64,000 nt of DNA from Paraspadella gotoi (lineage: Eukaryota; Animalia; Chaetognatha): the NCBI GenBank assembly GCA_051294375.1, contig CM119263.1, forward strand, positions 31,070,949 through 31,134,948. The letters are read 5' to 3'. The notes beneath the pieces were generated by a model, which had not been told where the DNA came from, searched no databases, and saw nothing but the letters and a program-made list of their open reading frames with translations. Positions within the stretch are counted from its first letter, which is position 1. Each line of letters begins with the position of its first letter. The position numbers and the translations under genes are program-made. Positions 43,099 to 57,789 of the stretch are shown in pieces.

Positions 43099-44413
43099 GG
43101 AAAAGGATTAGGAGAAGCCTTCCACTCTTTTCTCTTATCGTTTAACATTTTTACTTTCGGCTCGCGAAAGAGGAAGAGCCCTCGTAAAATTCGCGAATCA
43201 ATGTTTGTCTTGAAATTGTTGAGAATACTCTCCTTGTTGTTGGTTGTTGTAAGATTAAGCTCAGTCTGCAAGAATGGATATGAAATTGTGAATCTGACCT
43301 CATTGTGAGAAAATGGGTTTAGGAAAAAAAAATCCCCCCCATGTGTAACATGTTAACTTTAATATGATAAATAACTATTTCATTGTTTAACATTTATCCT
43401 AATTGACGAAATCGTTAACGAAAATTTGCTTTCAAATTTTTAACTAAGCTAAGAACATTAAAAAAAAAACCATATAGTCTAGTCCTACACTTTTTTTTTT
43501 TGAATGTGCTAATCGATGCGAAGTCTTGTATTTCCTATATACAGCTAACTTTCTCGCCTCGTTATAAACTTGTTACGTTTATTTTACAGATGGATACCAT
43601 TCCATTTTTTACCAGTTTGCCTTGTTATCATGTTCATACTTTTTTTGCTTTATTTTTCGCCTAATTTAGCAGGTTCCCCAACACGTAGACATTTTTAGTC
43701 CTCTTAGGCTTTTCGGCTAAGGCAAGCCAGTAGGCAGTAGCTTTTTTCTCATTTAAAACTTCCTACACCATGCTAGAATTATACTTATCTATTTTTATGA
43801 ATTGCCTATTATTTGACCGTACTATGTAAGTTCAATCAGCAAAATGAAATTGAAAAGAAGCTAATTAGTAATTAGTGAAATATAGATGAGAAATTGTCGA
43901 GTATCCTAAAGGTGAACAGTGAAGTCACGAGATCCAATTATTAAAGAAGTACTTACCTCGATGAACCGAGTCGACGGAACAGAAATTCACATTTATAAAA
44001 AACGGACAATGGGCGTTTGAGGGATTCGATAAAGCCCGTTTTCGTACCGACCCGAAGTCTCATTAACTTTCGGCTCCACCCTCTTGATCCTAATCGCCTT
44101 TTCACTCTTTTCCGTCCTATCATCTCCCATTTCTCATCGTTGTTTTATGCCGCGGAAAATTTATTTTATTGATATGATATATTGGCCTTCCAATTTATAT
44201 TCTACAGAATGAATAAATGATTTTAAAACGAATAATTTTAAAACTAGAAAACTAATGTGACGCCATGTTTCGGCCTCCGTCAGACAAGAACCGTCTCATC
44301 GGCGACTCTCAAAGCGCGCGTCTCATATCTCGATGATGACGACGACGACGATGTTGGTGATCTGAAAAAAAAGTCTCGCTTGGATCAAGTGACGGAAAAA
44401 AAAAGAGTTGAAA

Positions 44414-46621
44414 ATGCGGAAGAGTCATTCCTCGTTGTTCGTGGGTCTCATCCTCGGCCTCTTCTTTGTCCCCTTAATTTTCATTCACGTCAACAAGTGC
44501 ACTTTGGACTCCAATTCCTTACCAGAATCTGCCTCTAGAACAAAGTCAGTTTCTTCCGTTTATACATATTTTTAGGCATGCGCGGATCGATTTAAATTCA
44601 GACACCATCTTTTTATTTAGATACGTCTTTGACAGCGGCGGAGGCGGCGGCGACGGTCAGATCACCTACAACAGAGACTTACCTTTGATCTTCATCGGTG
44701 GAGTTCCACGCAGCGGAACGACGTTGATGAGGGCGATGTTGGACGCGCATCCAGACGTTCGTTGCGGAGAGGAGACCAGAGTCATCCCCAGGTCTTGATT
44801 GTACCATCGATAATCGATAATGATAACAATCGATAATAAAAGCAATTTGTCAGTTTACTGTATATTAGATTTATTAACAGGTAATTTTGGCAATTTATAA
44901 ATTTGTTATTTAGAATGCATTGTACAATGTACATACTTATTGTTAGAAAATGTTCCAACAACGGAAGTTCGGAGCTCAACAATCACATTACATACATGAT
45001 ATGCCAATCACTTTCCTATCAATATCACTACACAATCACATGTCATCTATTCATCCCTGTCCCCTGTCCCCATTTCAGACTTCTAAGCATGAGGGGTCAG
45101 TGGGAAAAATCGGCGAAAGAATCGAAGCGACTCGCGGAGGCGGGACTCACCTCCGAAGTCCTCAACGCCGCCATCTCCGCCTTCATCCTCGAAATCATCG
45201 TCCGTCACGGAGAACCCGCGCCCAGACTTTGCAACAAAGACCCTTTCACGCTCAAGAGTACCGTTTTGCTTAATCAAGTGAGTAGAGAGCGAGAGAGGGA
45301 GAGAACCCACGTCCAGACTCTGCAACGAAGAATAAGAGAGAGAGAGAACGATCGAGAGAGAGTGCGCGTTGACTGGCGTCCCCGTTCATTATTCTTCTTC
45401 ATTATTTTTCACAAAATCCCGCTTTTCTTTTGTTCACAAAACGTGAAGATGTTTCCCAACGCGAAATTCCTCCTGATGATTCGCGACGGCCGCGCCTCCG
45501 TTCATTCCATGATCACCCGCAAAGTCACCATCACGGGATTCGAACTCAGTTCGTATCGTCAGTGTCTCACCAAATGGAATCAAGCCATCGACCACATGTA
45601 CAACCAGTGCGAGACGGTCGGGCCGAGCAGGTCAACTAGTCACATTTATTTTTTTAAACATTTGTTAACGAATTTTAAAATCAAACACGCTTTGCTTTTT
45701 TACACCTTTGTCGCTGTCTGTAGAAAAGAGGATAGACCTCAACGAGTCCATAGTATAAGTTAGTATTAGTTAGGGGATGTCTCTCCTCTTTTTACTTTAT
45801 AGATTCACTTTCACACTTCTCATTTCACACTTCTCAGATGCCTCCCGGTTTTCTACGAGAAGTTGGTCCTTCGCCCTTCCGAGTCAATTCGCAAAATTCT
45901 CGATTTTCTCGACATTCCCTTCAACGAATCCGTCCTTCATCACGAGGCGAGTCGCTACTACAGAGTTGTCGTCGTTGTTCTTGTCGTTGTTGTTTGTGTC
46001 TTTACTGAAGTTTATCTCGTTCTTCAATCATCAACTATTAATAAAAAATTGAAAGAACTTTTTTCCCCAACTTTTGGTAGATGTTCATCAACAAGCCGGG
46101 AGGCGTGTCTCTCTCGAAGGTGGAACGATCAACTGATCAGGTTATCAAACCCGTCAATCTTGACGCTCTGCACAAATGGGTCGGACAGATGCCGAACGAC
46201 GTCGTGGCGGATATGCCCAAGATCGCCCCCATGCTCGAGACTCTCGGCTACGATCCTCGAGCGAATCCCCCGATATACGGAGATGCGGAGAAGCGCGTGG
46301 AGGAGGTAGGTCTGTCGGTCTTTTGATCTGTAGATCTGTCTGGCGGTCGGACGATCGTTTGCTTGAAATTTAATTAATTTAATTTAATTAATTTGATTTA
46401 AGGATTCTCACGCAAAGATCCACTTATATTATTTAATAATCACGTAAGTGACATTAACAACTATCGAAAGAGACTCCTCCCCTTTCCATCAGAACACCAA
46501 AGACATTCGGATTCACGAACATTTTTGGGAGAAGAAAGCGAAAGACGTGAAGGGAGAAGAGAGAGAGAGACCGTCGGCGAGAGGAGACACCGTCTCAATT
46601 CGGCCAAAAGACTCGCATTGA
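44414..46621 (+). CDS. TPST: Protein-tyrosine sulfotransferase
   Basis: Exons 44414-44544, 44621-44791, 45079-45277, 45449-45630, 45838-45946, 46081-46305, 46493-46621. N-terminal [49 protein letters not shown]. Confidence 0.96.
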
Positions 46622-47375
46622 ATCCAAACTCACTTTTTCGGGAAAAGTCCTTTTTTTAATTTTAAATATTTTATAATAACTAAAAAGAAATGGTAGCAAA
46701 CGGTGATGGCTTTTGTTTACCAGTAATAATATACAAGAATACGTTTTGTTAACATACGTATTTCAATCGAGAAAAGATTTAACAGTTTAATTTAAAACGA
46801 GTAAAACTTGTTGATATAATAAGAAAATTGAAAGAGTGAATTTTGGTTGTTTTTTCATCAAAACTTCGAGATCAAGTGACGCGAGAGAGAGAGAGAGACA
46901 GAGTGAGCGAGCGAGTTGTTAAAATCTACTTCGTGACGATGGCCGACTCATCAGTTCGCAGTCACCAGAAGTTCACTTTTATTTATAACTAATTATTACT
47001 ATTTGTAACCATTTTTGACGTTTACCCACTTATTTTATTATATTTTTTTGACCTAAACGCGTTTTATGCGTTACTACATATGAGATTAAATTATGGACGA
47101 ATGATGTTTGAGATATGTTCCAAAAATGGAAACTTATCTCCGCCCCTACCCCCCCCCAAAAAAAAATAAGTTGTGATATCGTTGAAAATTATCTTCATAT
47201 AATTTTTGTTTAGTAGATTTTTGTAATTCCGTCATCTCTTTTCAGATAAAATCGATCCTTTTTTTTTCAGTTGGTAACATGGAGCAATTCATGGGATTAT
47301 CCTTTGCCTCGAATTTCGACTTGTCCTGTCATTTTAATTAAATTAAAATGTTTGTTTATATAGTAATACTGACTT

Positions 47376-47581
47376 AGTGAAAAAACGAAAGTTTTTATTG
47401 GCATAAAAAACGATTTTTAATAACAAAGAGGGACGGATATGTTTCGAATCTTAAGTTTTCGAGTCTTCATCAGCGTTTTTTTTTTAAATTATTGTTATTA
47501 AAAATCGTTGTTTATGCCAATAAAAACTTTGGTTTTTTCACTAAATCTAAAAATACAACGAAAAGAGAGATTATACACAAT
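47376..47581. mobile_element. Penelope-like mini-insertion with a type I hammerhead motif on the minus strand (47433-47476)
   Basis: About 50-bp inverted arms; minus strand reads ACG-CTGATGA-AGACTC...GATTC-GAAAC-AT-ATC-CGT; 13-bp direct repeat GTAATACTGACTT at 47363 and 47582. Confidence 0.7.
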
Positions 47582-48532
47582 GTAATACTGACTTTATAAT
47601 ATATTATTTATCAATGTTTGTGAGAGAATACAGTATGTATCCTATGATTCACAAAGACTATTTTATTTAACGTATGCTGCGAAAGTTTAAAGTAAGCATT
47701 ATAAAAATGTTATGTCTAGGCGAATTGAGGTTTTTTTTTTTTTTTTGCATTTCAACTGGAAGGCCAACATGATGGGTTTTTCAGTTAATTAATAAAATTT
47801 ACAAGCCAAATTTAGTTGTCAGGTCAGAAACTGGCATCCATTGAAAGATGAAAGCAGAGACATATCATATTCTCAATAAACCTCATTGTCTCTGGCATTC
47901 ATTCTGGCACGTTTTGAGATTAGCTGATCTTTTGGCGAACGGAGTTTGCTGAACAGGCTGTTTATAACCTTTTACGGCTGCCATCACTGTCTAAATAAGG
48001 TTACTGTTACGTGTACCGAGATGATCTTTGGCAAGACAATTCAAACTTCTAATATTTCTGTACAATTTATTTATTTTATTTTATCGTTCCTTGACTCGTC
48101 TCTAACCATGTTGATTATAAATAAAATACAAGTTTATAAAAATTCACTTTGTATTTATGTGAAATGGATGCAAAATTGTTAAAACAAATGTTTTTTAGCT
48201 TCATGTGATGATATCACAAACTCAGAAGGGACTAGTACATAAAAAACATTCAAAAACAAAGAAATATTTTTGAGCAATTTCATGATGAGGGAAAAAATAT
48301 GATTTGACTTCTGAGACACAACAGTAGGCTATTGTAAGTTTGCAAGAAACCCTTTGTTTAGGAATCGGTGATAACGAAATGTCCATGAGATAACTTGACT
48401 CTATTGAATGACCTTACCAGCTACAATCATGTCTTCTCATGAGTCGAAAGATTTTTCCTCCCTTGCTCAATGATTGCTCAAATAACCCACAAAGAAAATC
48501 TGAGATTAGTAAATCATTAGGAAATGCCGAAT

Positions 48533-51337
48533 TCAGTACAAAATCTTCGTGTCTCTAGTTTTGTATCCGACCGGCGGAGGGCTTTTGTTAAGACTGTCGA
48601 GGTTTTGTCTCGGGACATAAAATTGGGTTACGCCATTTCCTTCCCCCGAAGGAGAGAGCAACAAAGTTCCGTTCTTTACTCTCTTTAGATCTTGAGGGAC
48701 GAAACGCGCCGCAGAAATTCTCTGCGACGCCGCGGCTCCCTGCCGCTGGAAATGATCGTAGGTCGCCGATGCTGCCGCGTCGCCTCGTGCAGTATTTGCG
48801 GCGTGAGCGGCGAACGCTGATTTTCTCGCGAGGATTTTTGACGAGGGCAGCGGCGGTGGCGCGGCGGCTGGTTCCGGAAGCCCTGGGATCGAGCCGAGAC
48901 TCGAGACGGGCGATTGACGACTCGGCGACGGATCTGAACGATTCGATCGAATCATCACTGAATCTCGATCCTCGGCTGCTCCGCCGAGTTCCAAAACCTC
49001 GGGAGACCGTTCCAATTTATACTCGGGGTCCTGTGCGTAGAGGGACAAACGCGACCCAACTCTGTCGCCGACGATGATTCGGTCCGAATCCGCTTGGTCC
49101 GAACGCAGAACTTCCGTCTCCCCGTCGTCGAGATCCAGCGGTACGTTCGAAATCCCCTGTCCGATCTCCTTGTCCTGAAAAGGCCGATGCCCCGCGCGAT
49201 CGAAACTCTGCAATTCTTCCAACGAAGGAATGATCGTTTGCGTGATAGTGACGGGCGACGCGTTGGCGAAACTCGAAGCGTCGCTGTTCGGAGCTTCGAG
49301 GTTACCGTCCCTCATTCCCTCCTGCCTTCTTGCGGTCGCCACCGCCACGTCCTCCGTGACGATATCGGGCGCCCGAACGTCGTTCGGTCGGACGATGCCC
49401 GGCGCCAAGTCGTCGGGCAGTTCGTAATGAACGCCCGTTTCAACGGTGAGGCCGTTCAAGCCTCGCAAGAGACTCGGATCGAAGATCGGGTACTCGCACT
49501 TGGCGATCTCTTCCGCCATTTCTTGATGAGATTCTTCCAAACGACTGGCCATTTCGTCCGGATTGGGATGAATGTAGAGAACCTGATAAGAGGCGATTCG
49601 GAAATGTCGCGGTTTGTGTATGAAATTTGAAGAACCAAAAGGCTAAAAATTATCCTCACTTTGGGCAGGCTCTTTCAATACAGCAAAACCCACCAAGTTT
49701 TCGAACACATAGGTGCCTCTTTGTCAAAGTCTTTCACAATTTCTCAGTTCCTCTTGGCTCTACTCACTTCCAAACAGATTTCTTGTTCCTTCGCTGCCTC
49801 CGATAAAATCTTGACTGCATCCAAATGCGGGAGATCGCGTAAGTCTCGTCCGTTGACGTAGAGGATCCCGTCGCCGACTAAGAGATTCCCGCATTCGGCG
49901 GCCGGCGTTTCCGGATGAATCTCGCTGAGGATCGGTCTCATTGTTACTCATTTAATCTTGACAAATTAGGCTTTTTACTTATAATATTTGTTTTGAATAC
50001 AAGGAGTAACGTTTCTTGATACCTGATAAGGATGGGCACGCCGTGTTCCATTCCTCCAGTGATCGAGAGTCCGAGACTTTGATGGTTCGCTCCTTTTTTA
50101 ATCACCGCCGTTCTCATTTGGTTTTTATTCACTTCGGGTCCTTCATCTTCATTTATTTGCGACGTTGAGGTGATGCCGTTGTGTTTGCTTCTACAACGAT
50201 CGTCAGCAATCATTAAACGTTTATTTTTTATATTGAATCGGAATTAAATTGAGGTGTCAGACCGATATAACAACAATCGAAACATCGACTCACTTGCAGA
50301 GGCGAATAACTGTCTTGTGTCTGTGTAAATTTATTTCTGCCTCGAGTTGATTCCACATTTTCTGTTGCACCTCGGGGTCCAACTTCATCTCTTTCTCTCT
50401 CATCACCAACTGCAATTGCTGAATTCTTCCCGCCAACTCTTTGTCCAGATATTTGGCTCTCATTTTCGCTCCGGTCGCCTCGCCTTTCAGTTTAACAAGG
50501 AAATTTACATAATCATCCTCTTCTAATGATAATTTTATTCCATTCCATCTCACCTCTCAAAGTCAAAGCCTGTTGTTTCCAAACCGCGTTTTCTCGCTTG
50601 GTTTGATCGAGTTCTTCAATTAGGCGAAGTTTGTCGATCGTCTCGGCCGAAGTCGAGTCGGATTTGAGCGACTGTCGCGAAGCTAACCGCTGACGAACCA
50701 CTTCGGGATTGACCAACCCGTTGCGCAGCGGGGATGAAGAATTTGGGTCCTTTAGACAGATGGAAGACTCTGGCACATTGTAGAGTTGGAGTTGCGCATC
50801 GTGCACCTTTTTTCGTCGTCCCGTGAAAATAGTTTTGATTCATGGCTTAGAATTTTGAAATTCGATATCTGTAAAGATTTTCTCACCTGGTAGACCAAAT
50901 CGTCTATCTGCCTTTCCAGCACCGTCTTTAGCGACCTCAATTGACAGACCTCGGATCTTAGTTCCACCAGTTGCGTCTCCAAATGAGAATTTTGGTGAAA
51001 AATTGATTCGCTTTTGTGGCAAAGTTGGGCGAAAGCCGCCGAGAGCCTTAAGGGGGAGAATATTTTTCAATTCATCATAGATCAATCAATTGCATCCGAG
51101 TCCTCTGGACTTCACATAATCAATCAATCAGCAAGCCGCGGCGATACAGTTATTACAGTAAGTTTTGGACAAGATCCCCCAGCTTTACCTGGCCATTCTC
51201 TCGCGGCCCTCGTAGGTTATGTCTTGTTGTTCCTCCTCCACATCCCCCAACAAGAGATCGAGATCGACAAAGGATTTGTCAAACTCTTTTTCTAGCACCT
51301 CCAACCATCGGAAGCACATCGCTCCCGCGCCGCTCAT
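48533..51337 (-). CDS. GOPC: Golgi-associated PDZ and coiled-coil protein
   Basis: Exons 51337-51189, 51046-50887, 50806-50554, 50483-50294, 50190-50023, 49924-49768, 49582-48533. [59 protein letters not shown]. Confidence 0.93.
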
Positions 51338-52998
51338 TGTTTTTCTCAAGGTGGGGCTCAATTTTGAGCGGAGAGGTGCATGTCACCAAGATTGCGTCTG
51401 TGTCGCGTCGCGTCGCGACTATGGCGTGAAAGACGAGTTTTATTTAGTAAGGATTAACGGTTTTTTGTTTCGTCTAATAACAAGATTTGTATTAATTAGT
51501 TTTAAATGATTCTAATTAAATTTTATGGTGAAATTGTTAATGGGATATAATTTTAGATAAACTGACAATTGATAATTTCTTGTAGTTTAACTTGCCGGGG
51601 AGTGGCATCAATCAGCTCAACAACGTCTTTTCCCAACAGTTAACCTGTTAACCTGTTAAAATTCTTGCGGAATTCAGGTGTTTAAAGTACCTGAACTTTT
51701 AACACAAAAAAGTGTAGCTATTCCTGTATCTACAGTTCTTCCAGCTGTTGACGTGGTGACTATCTAATGACATACATACAATGTGAGACATCTCGTGGAA
51801 TGTCATAAAACAGAAGCAGCCTATAATGGAAGAACTAAAGCAGATCGAAACTCCAAAAAATTGCATAACCAAAAGCGAATGAACTGTATTTCGGTTACAA
51901 CATGAGGTACACAGAAATGTATTGTCTTTTGTCGACGGAAGACAACGCCACCAACTGGGGAGAAAACCATCTGGCCTCGCCTGCGATTGCAACCTGATTC
52001 ATCAACGTTGTAACCCGTTTATTGTACTCAAGATCGAGAAAGTTCATAGCGGATACAATTTGGAATACAAGTTCGTTGAACTTTAGATGTTGTAAAACAT
52101 GAAAAGACTCGTTGGGTGTTAATGGAAATAAATTTACTTTTTCAACGAAGATTTTTTCATTAGTTTTTTCAGATTAAATTTTCACCATTTTTTTCCTTGT
52201 TTGAAACTAAAACCAAAAACGGCTGACGAAATCATGACTGGTTGACTTTCAATCTCGATTTTTATTCTTTTCTTAAAGAATGCTATAAATCGGTTATGAA
52301 ACAGTTTACTGGTCACGTGGCTCCTTTAAAAGAGAAACATAATTACTCAAATTATAGCACTGAAAAAAAAACATCAGTAATTGGTTTTAAAAACTTATTA
52401 AGTTAACCGAACTAGCCAACATAAATTTTTGACTCTCTGACTCTTCGGGGAGGAACAAATTACTTTAAAGCATTTGATGAAACGAAGTTTTTTTATTACA
52501 AGAGCGTAAAAATCGATATTTAACCTCAATCAGTGATGTATTCCGCATCGAAATTCAATGATGATTCCTGAACCAATTGTCAAAAAGAACAACAACTATC
52601 TCTGTTTCGAATCTGATTCCATTCAACTTCGTCGTCGTCATCTAGAATCGAGAGGAAGACGAAAAGACAAAGAGAGAAGAAAGTCTTTGTTTCTCTGATC
52701 GCGGATTGGGGACCGATCCGCTCTCCCTTTCTCTCTCTCCTCTCCCTTTCGATCCTCATCCACCAGAAAGGATCGTGAAAGGGGAGGAGATTTGAGGAGA
52801 AAATAAAAGAGAAAAACCCAGAACTCTGCAGCGGCCAACAAAAGGTTTGGGGTTCAACTTGGTGGATCGAATCGTCGTCGCCTCACACTCCTCGATTTCC
52901 TCGCCCAAAAAAAACAAAAAAAAAAAGACAAATCGACCCATCGACTTTTCATGACCGCCTGATCACGGTGCCAAAAAAGTTCCGCCTCCCAAGTCACG

Positions 52999-54680
52999 AT
53001 GGGACTTTTATTCTCCAAAATTTGGAGTTTGTTCAGCAACGAGGAGCACAAGATCATCATCGTCGGACTCGACAACGCGGGAAAAACAACGATTCTCTAT
53101 CAGTTGCTCATGAATGAAGTCGTTCATACTTCGCCAACTATCGGATCAAACGTCGAAGAGGTCTGTTTTATGTCTAATTGGTGCAACTAATATGAAATTA
53201 TATCCATTAATTTAATAAACAAGCTCTCTTTCCTCCGGATTTTAAATAGCTATGATTGCTACGAAATTAGTTATATTTTAGTTATAACATAGTCTTTTCA
53301 TACAATTGAAACATTCTTTGAAATATTATACCACTTCATTGATGGGGAAGCCAGGTACTCAGGCCTGAGTCAGGGAGTGAATAAACGAGACTGTGAGAGT
53401 GAGTCTTGATTGAAAGATTGCAGGGACCTGCTATGTCAATTTCTTGTAAGAGTGATGGAGGCCTTAAACCACTAAAGCCTGTCCAAAGTCAGGGGCAAGA
53501 TAGCTTATTTATTAAGTGAATGGATAATTTTTATATTGGTTATACCAATTTCATAGCAAAAACCGGCAAGTTTTAGTTCGAAATTCTGTCAATTTCACTG
53601 GTCTTCTTTGATACTGAAGTTGTATGAAATTTGTTTAACTGTCTCCATCGTAAAAAAGGGGGGCTCTCTCTAATAGTAGAATACTGAATATTTTGTATTT
53701 TGCACTGGTATCAAACTACAGATATACCAAGGTTATGGCAATCAATCTCGCTATCATTTTTGGATAAGCTCTTTTCATTTTCATTTTCTTTTCATTTCAT
53801 TAAACTCGTGAGGGCAGTAAAAGTAATACAATCATAGATCCAATACGTTGTGTTCTCATCCAATCCAGGTCATCTGGAAGAACATTCACTTCTTCATGTG
53901 GGACATCGGGGGTCAAGAGAAAATCCGCAAAGATTGGTACACGTACTACACGCACACAGAGTTCGTCATCGTCGTCGTCGATTCCACGGATCGAGAGCGA
54001 CTTCCGGTAACGAAGGAAGAACTCAGAAACATGTTGCGCCATGACGACCTCAAAAAAGCCGCCGTGCTTGTCTTTGCCAACAAGCAGGTAAGCATATGAA
54101 TTTTAGGAGTAATTAGTATCCGTTTTGACGGCTGTGATCCTTTACAAAGAAAACTACATATGTGAGCGACTTTAATGACCTTCGTAATATATTCTATGGA
54201 GAACCGATTTTGCATAGTATTTTAATTTTGTTGATTTTGTTTCTGCCTTTTATTTAGAAATAAAATGAATAGTTTTGAATAGTTTACAACAACGACATTT
54301 TTGTCATTGTTGCAAACAATACAAATTTATCAGCTTTTATAAATTTTGTTGAAAAAAATCTTAATTTTTCGAGCAACACGTACTTATATATAGGGAGCAA
54401 GCAACTCAAAACATAGACAGTCATTATTGACAATCGTTGACGGTCTCTTTATTATTTTTCTTTATTTAAAAAAAAAGCAACAGGTTTACAATGAACATGA
54501 TAGTTTTGTTTCCGATTCCAGGATATTAAAGGTTGCATGACAGCGACAGAGATTTCCAACGAACTCTCGCTGACGAGCATCAAAGATCATCGATGGCAGA
54601 TCCAATCTTGCTGCGCCTTGACTGGAGAGGGACTTTATCAGGGAATGGAATGGATCGTCTCCAACATTAGAAGAAGATAG
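52999..54680 (+). CDS. ARL5: ADP-ribosylation factor-like GTPase 5
   Basis: Exons 52999-53160, 53869-54087, 54522-54680. [50 protein letters not shown]. Confidence 0.95.
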
Positions 54681-56218
54681 CCCAACCCTTCTTTATTTTT
54701 TTCCCTCATATTTCTTGCTCTTGTTGTTTTCACTCGCTATTTGTAATTATATTATAACAACAACAAAAAATATTCATTTCACTTTTTCACTCCCGCCAAA
54801 TTACATCGAGTAGGGTTAATAGTCCGCTTAGTACGTCCTGATTCATTGCTCACTTTTATTTTTAAATGATACATTTTGTATTTTAATATTTTACTTTGAG
54901 ATTAAGACCGAAATGGGATGGAGTGCGAGTTGGGAGTGAGTGAGATTTCAAGAATGAGAAGAAAAGAACGTGAAAACTTTATAAGTCAAAACAAGCCATT
55001 TAATATTTATGCAATATTTATTAGCGATTTAATATTTATGCAATAATTAATTCCTCAAGTAATGACAAAGAAACTTCTGCTGTTGATCCCCCCTTTGGAG
55101 CCAAGTTTTCAGTGTTCAATGCGGGTAAACGACATTAAGATTTTTTCGTGATTTATTTGTTTTTGAAACATAAAATGCTTCCTTAAAAATGGCCTGAGAC
55201 AAGGAAAAAAATAGGCAAAGAGTTAAAGCGAGAAGAGTAAGGGCTTGATTCTGAATTCAGTGGCTAAATGAGAAACATTTTAAGCTTGCAATCAACCTGG
55301 TAGAATGTAGAACGAGTAATCAGTAATATGTTCTTGCGGCATTTTGAAACTTGGTAATAAGAATATAACGTCCATATAATATCCTTTTCTATGTTGCTTA
55401 AGCCAAAAGCTGATACACCCTTTTCTACACGTATTTATTAAGCATGAAAAAAATTAAAGTAGCTTAATAGATTAATAAAAGAGAGATATTTTTTCAGTCC
55501 CTTTCCATGTCAATGTCTAATGAGCTTTTATACTTTAATTAGCCATTACGGATTAACTCGCTTTTACTCTTTAATTAGCTAAGTGTCTACTACATATTGA
55601 TTCCACGTCCGTCAGCCTCGAGTCTTGAAACAAAACGACAATCGAGTCTTTGCCACGACATGGATTTTTTTTCTCCTTTTTGCGTTTCTCACGAAATTAT
55701 CCAAGTTTAATGCCATTAATCCTATTTAATTATTGATCTCGGGTCTTATTTAAGGGGCTGGGGTTGCTTTGTTTTCTTTGTTGTTGTTTTGACCATCTCA
55801 TGGACGTTTTTTTAGTCGCGAGATGAAAACTCGCGTTTTTGTTTTTATTTCCGCATAAAAGACGAAGACGACGAGATTCCGCTTTTTGCGTCTCAACGAT
55901 AGTCAAGGCTTTTCACATTCATCATCATCATCTTCAAAGTTCACGCGTTCAAGTCCCAAGACCGACGAGAGAAACACAATTACTATATATTCTAAATTCT
56001 AATCCGACTTTGACATGGTTGCAATTTCGAATTATGTAAACAATGCAACAGTCTAATTTCTAATGTCTTTTTCTTTTGCAGAACCAAACATCCAAATTTG
56101 GAAAAATCTCTTTATGCCTTGTGACAATTCCTTCCAACCCTTGTGACACTTTTCGTCTTTATCATCGTTTGTCTCGTTTTTCTTTAATTTCTCAAAATCT
56201 CCCTCTCGGCCAACGAAG

Positions 56219-56812
56219 ATGTCGGCCAGCGATGAACTCAGCCAAAAACTTGCCAAACGCAACCTCATCAACGAAGGAGGTGCGGAACCTCAGCTCAACA
56301 AGCGCGTCCCCATCAGCGCCGAGTTCAAGGAGTTCTCCATCAAGGAGATTCAAGGCTACACGGCCACCTTCAAGAAGTGGGACGCCAACGCCGACGGCTA
56401 CATCGAGTTCGAGGACCTCAAGCGGATGATGGAGAAGCTGGGGTGTCCGCAGACGCACCTCTCCCTCAAGGCGATGATCAAGGAGGTCGAGGAGGAAGCC
56501 AACCCCGGCAACATCTCCCTCCGGGGCTTCCTGCTCATCTTCCGCAAGGGTCGCGCCGGAGAGCTGGAGGAAGGCAGCGGCTTGCGCGACCTCTACGAGC
56601 AGCTCTCTGAGATCGACGTGGCCAAAGAGGGCGTTGCAGGCGCGGCCTCTTTCTTCGAGACCAAAGTCAAGCAACAGTTCGACAGTTCCAGGTTCGAGAA
56701 CGAAATCCGCGAAGAACAGGAGGCGAAGAAGAGGGAAGCTCAGGAGAGGAGGGACAGACAGATCGCCTTTAAGAAGAAGGCGGGTCTCTTTGAACAGGCC
56801 GCCGCTACTTGA
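56219..56812 (+). CDS. EFHD2: EF-hand domain protein D (swiprosin)
   Basis: Single exon; ELSQKLAKR, MMEKLGCPQTHLSLKAMIKEV, EIDVAKEGVAGAASFFE, FENEIREEQE. Confidence 0.92.
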   Translation: MSASDELSQKLAKRNLINEGGAEPQLNKRVPISAEFKEFSIKEIQGYTATFKKWDANADGYIEFEDLKRMMEKLGCPQTHLSLKAMIKEVEEEANPGNISLRGFLLIFRKGRAGELEEGSGLRDLYEQLSEIDVAKEGVAGAASFFETKVKQQFDSSRFENEIREEQEAKKREAQERRDRQIAFKKKAGLFEQAAAT

Positions 56813-57501
56813 ATACGCCGCTTGACTCCGCCATCAAATCTCGTTTAGGGAATTCGGGTCTGAACGAATGTATTCCGCTTATTTTTTATTTTTTATTTTT
56901 TGAGGGGGGGGGGCTGGAGCTTGTAAATTTTTGACTTTTCGATGCACCCGTAGTAGGTGGTACCTGTAGTGAATTTTTCAAATGGAACGTTTTCAAGCCT
57001 GAATTAGGGGTAATTGTAAACTGCCAATTCTAAGAAAATTCTATAATTCTTAAGCTACATAAAATTAATTCCAAATTTTTCTTACTACTTAGAGGTATTT
57101 TTAGTCTGGATGTTAGAGCTATTGTTAGTGAGGCCCGTACCCTGTAATGCCTAGTATTTTAAAGGCTCAATAACGATCTTAATAATTTTTAATATTGCAT
57201 GAGTCGTTTGAAAGAGCCACATTTTACTGTAGGTTCCAAGAGCTTGCTTGTTTTAACTGAAGCCCATCTGCATTTTGCATCTTTACTAACTGGGTAACAA
57301 CAACAACAAAAGTTCATTCCATTGCTAATTTTTTTTTTATGCTGTGACGTGAGACGAAAAATTATATTAAAAGATATTTCGAAAAATCGTCGCCGCATCG
57401 CTGGATTTTCATGTCCTTGTTTTCATTTATTAATCTTTCTGCAACCAACAATCGAAATTTCTCGATCTGATTTACAGATTTTTTTTTTTGATAATTTTGT
57501 T

Positions 57502-57590
57502 TCTCTCTCTCTCTTTTCTCTCTCTCTCTCTCTCGTTTACTTTCTCACCTAAATAGTTAGCCCCGTTCCGAGCACGGTGCTACCGACTAG
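57502..57590 (+). mobile_element. Possible tiny Helitron remnant
   Basis: (CT)n, then hairpin CCGT-TCCGAGC-ACGG a few nt before CTAG|T. Confidence 0.35.
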
Positions 57591-57789
57591 TCTCTCACCC
57601 CCCCTAGTTATTAACAAAGTTCGTACACTATTCCAAAAAATAAAAAAAGAAATCTCTCTTATTCCAGTAGTATTGTTTTTTCTCCCCTCTTCTATATATT
57701 GTTCTCGTTACTACTGATTTTAATTCTTCCCGCCCGCGACCGACTCAGTCTGCGTTCATGTATGTTGTTACTCTTTTACTCTCGTTAGG

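Noticed and set aside
44903-45763. 286-aa ORF as a single CDS
   Set aside because: It reads through TPST introns; only 45079-45277 and 45449-45630 match TPST.
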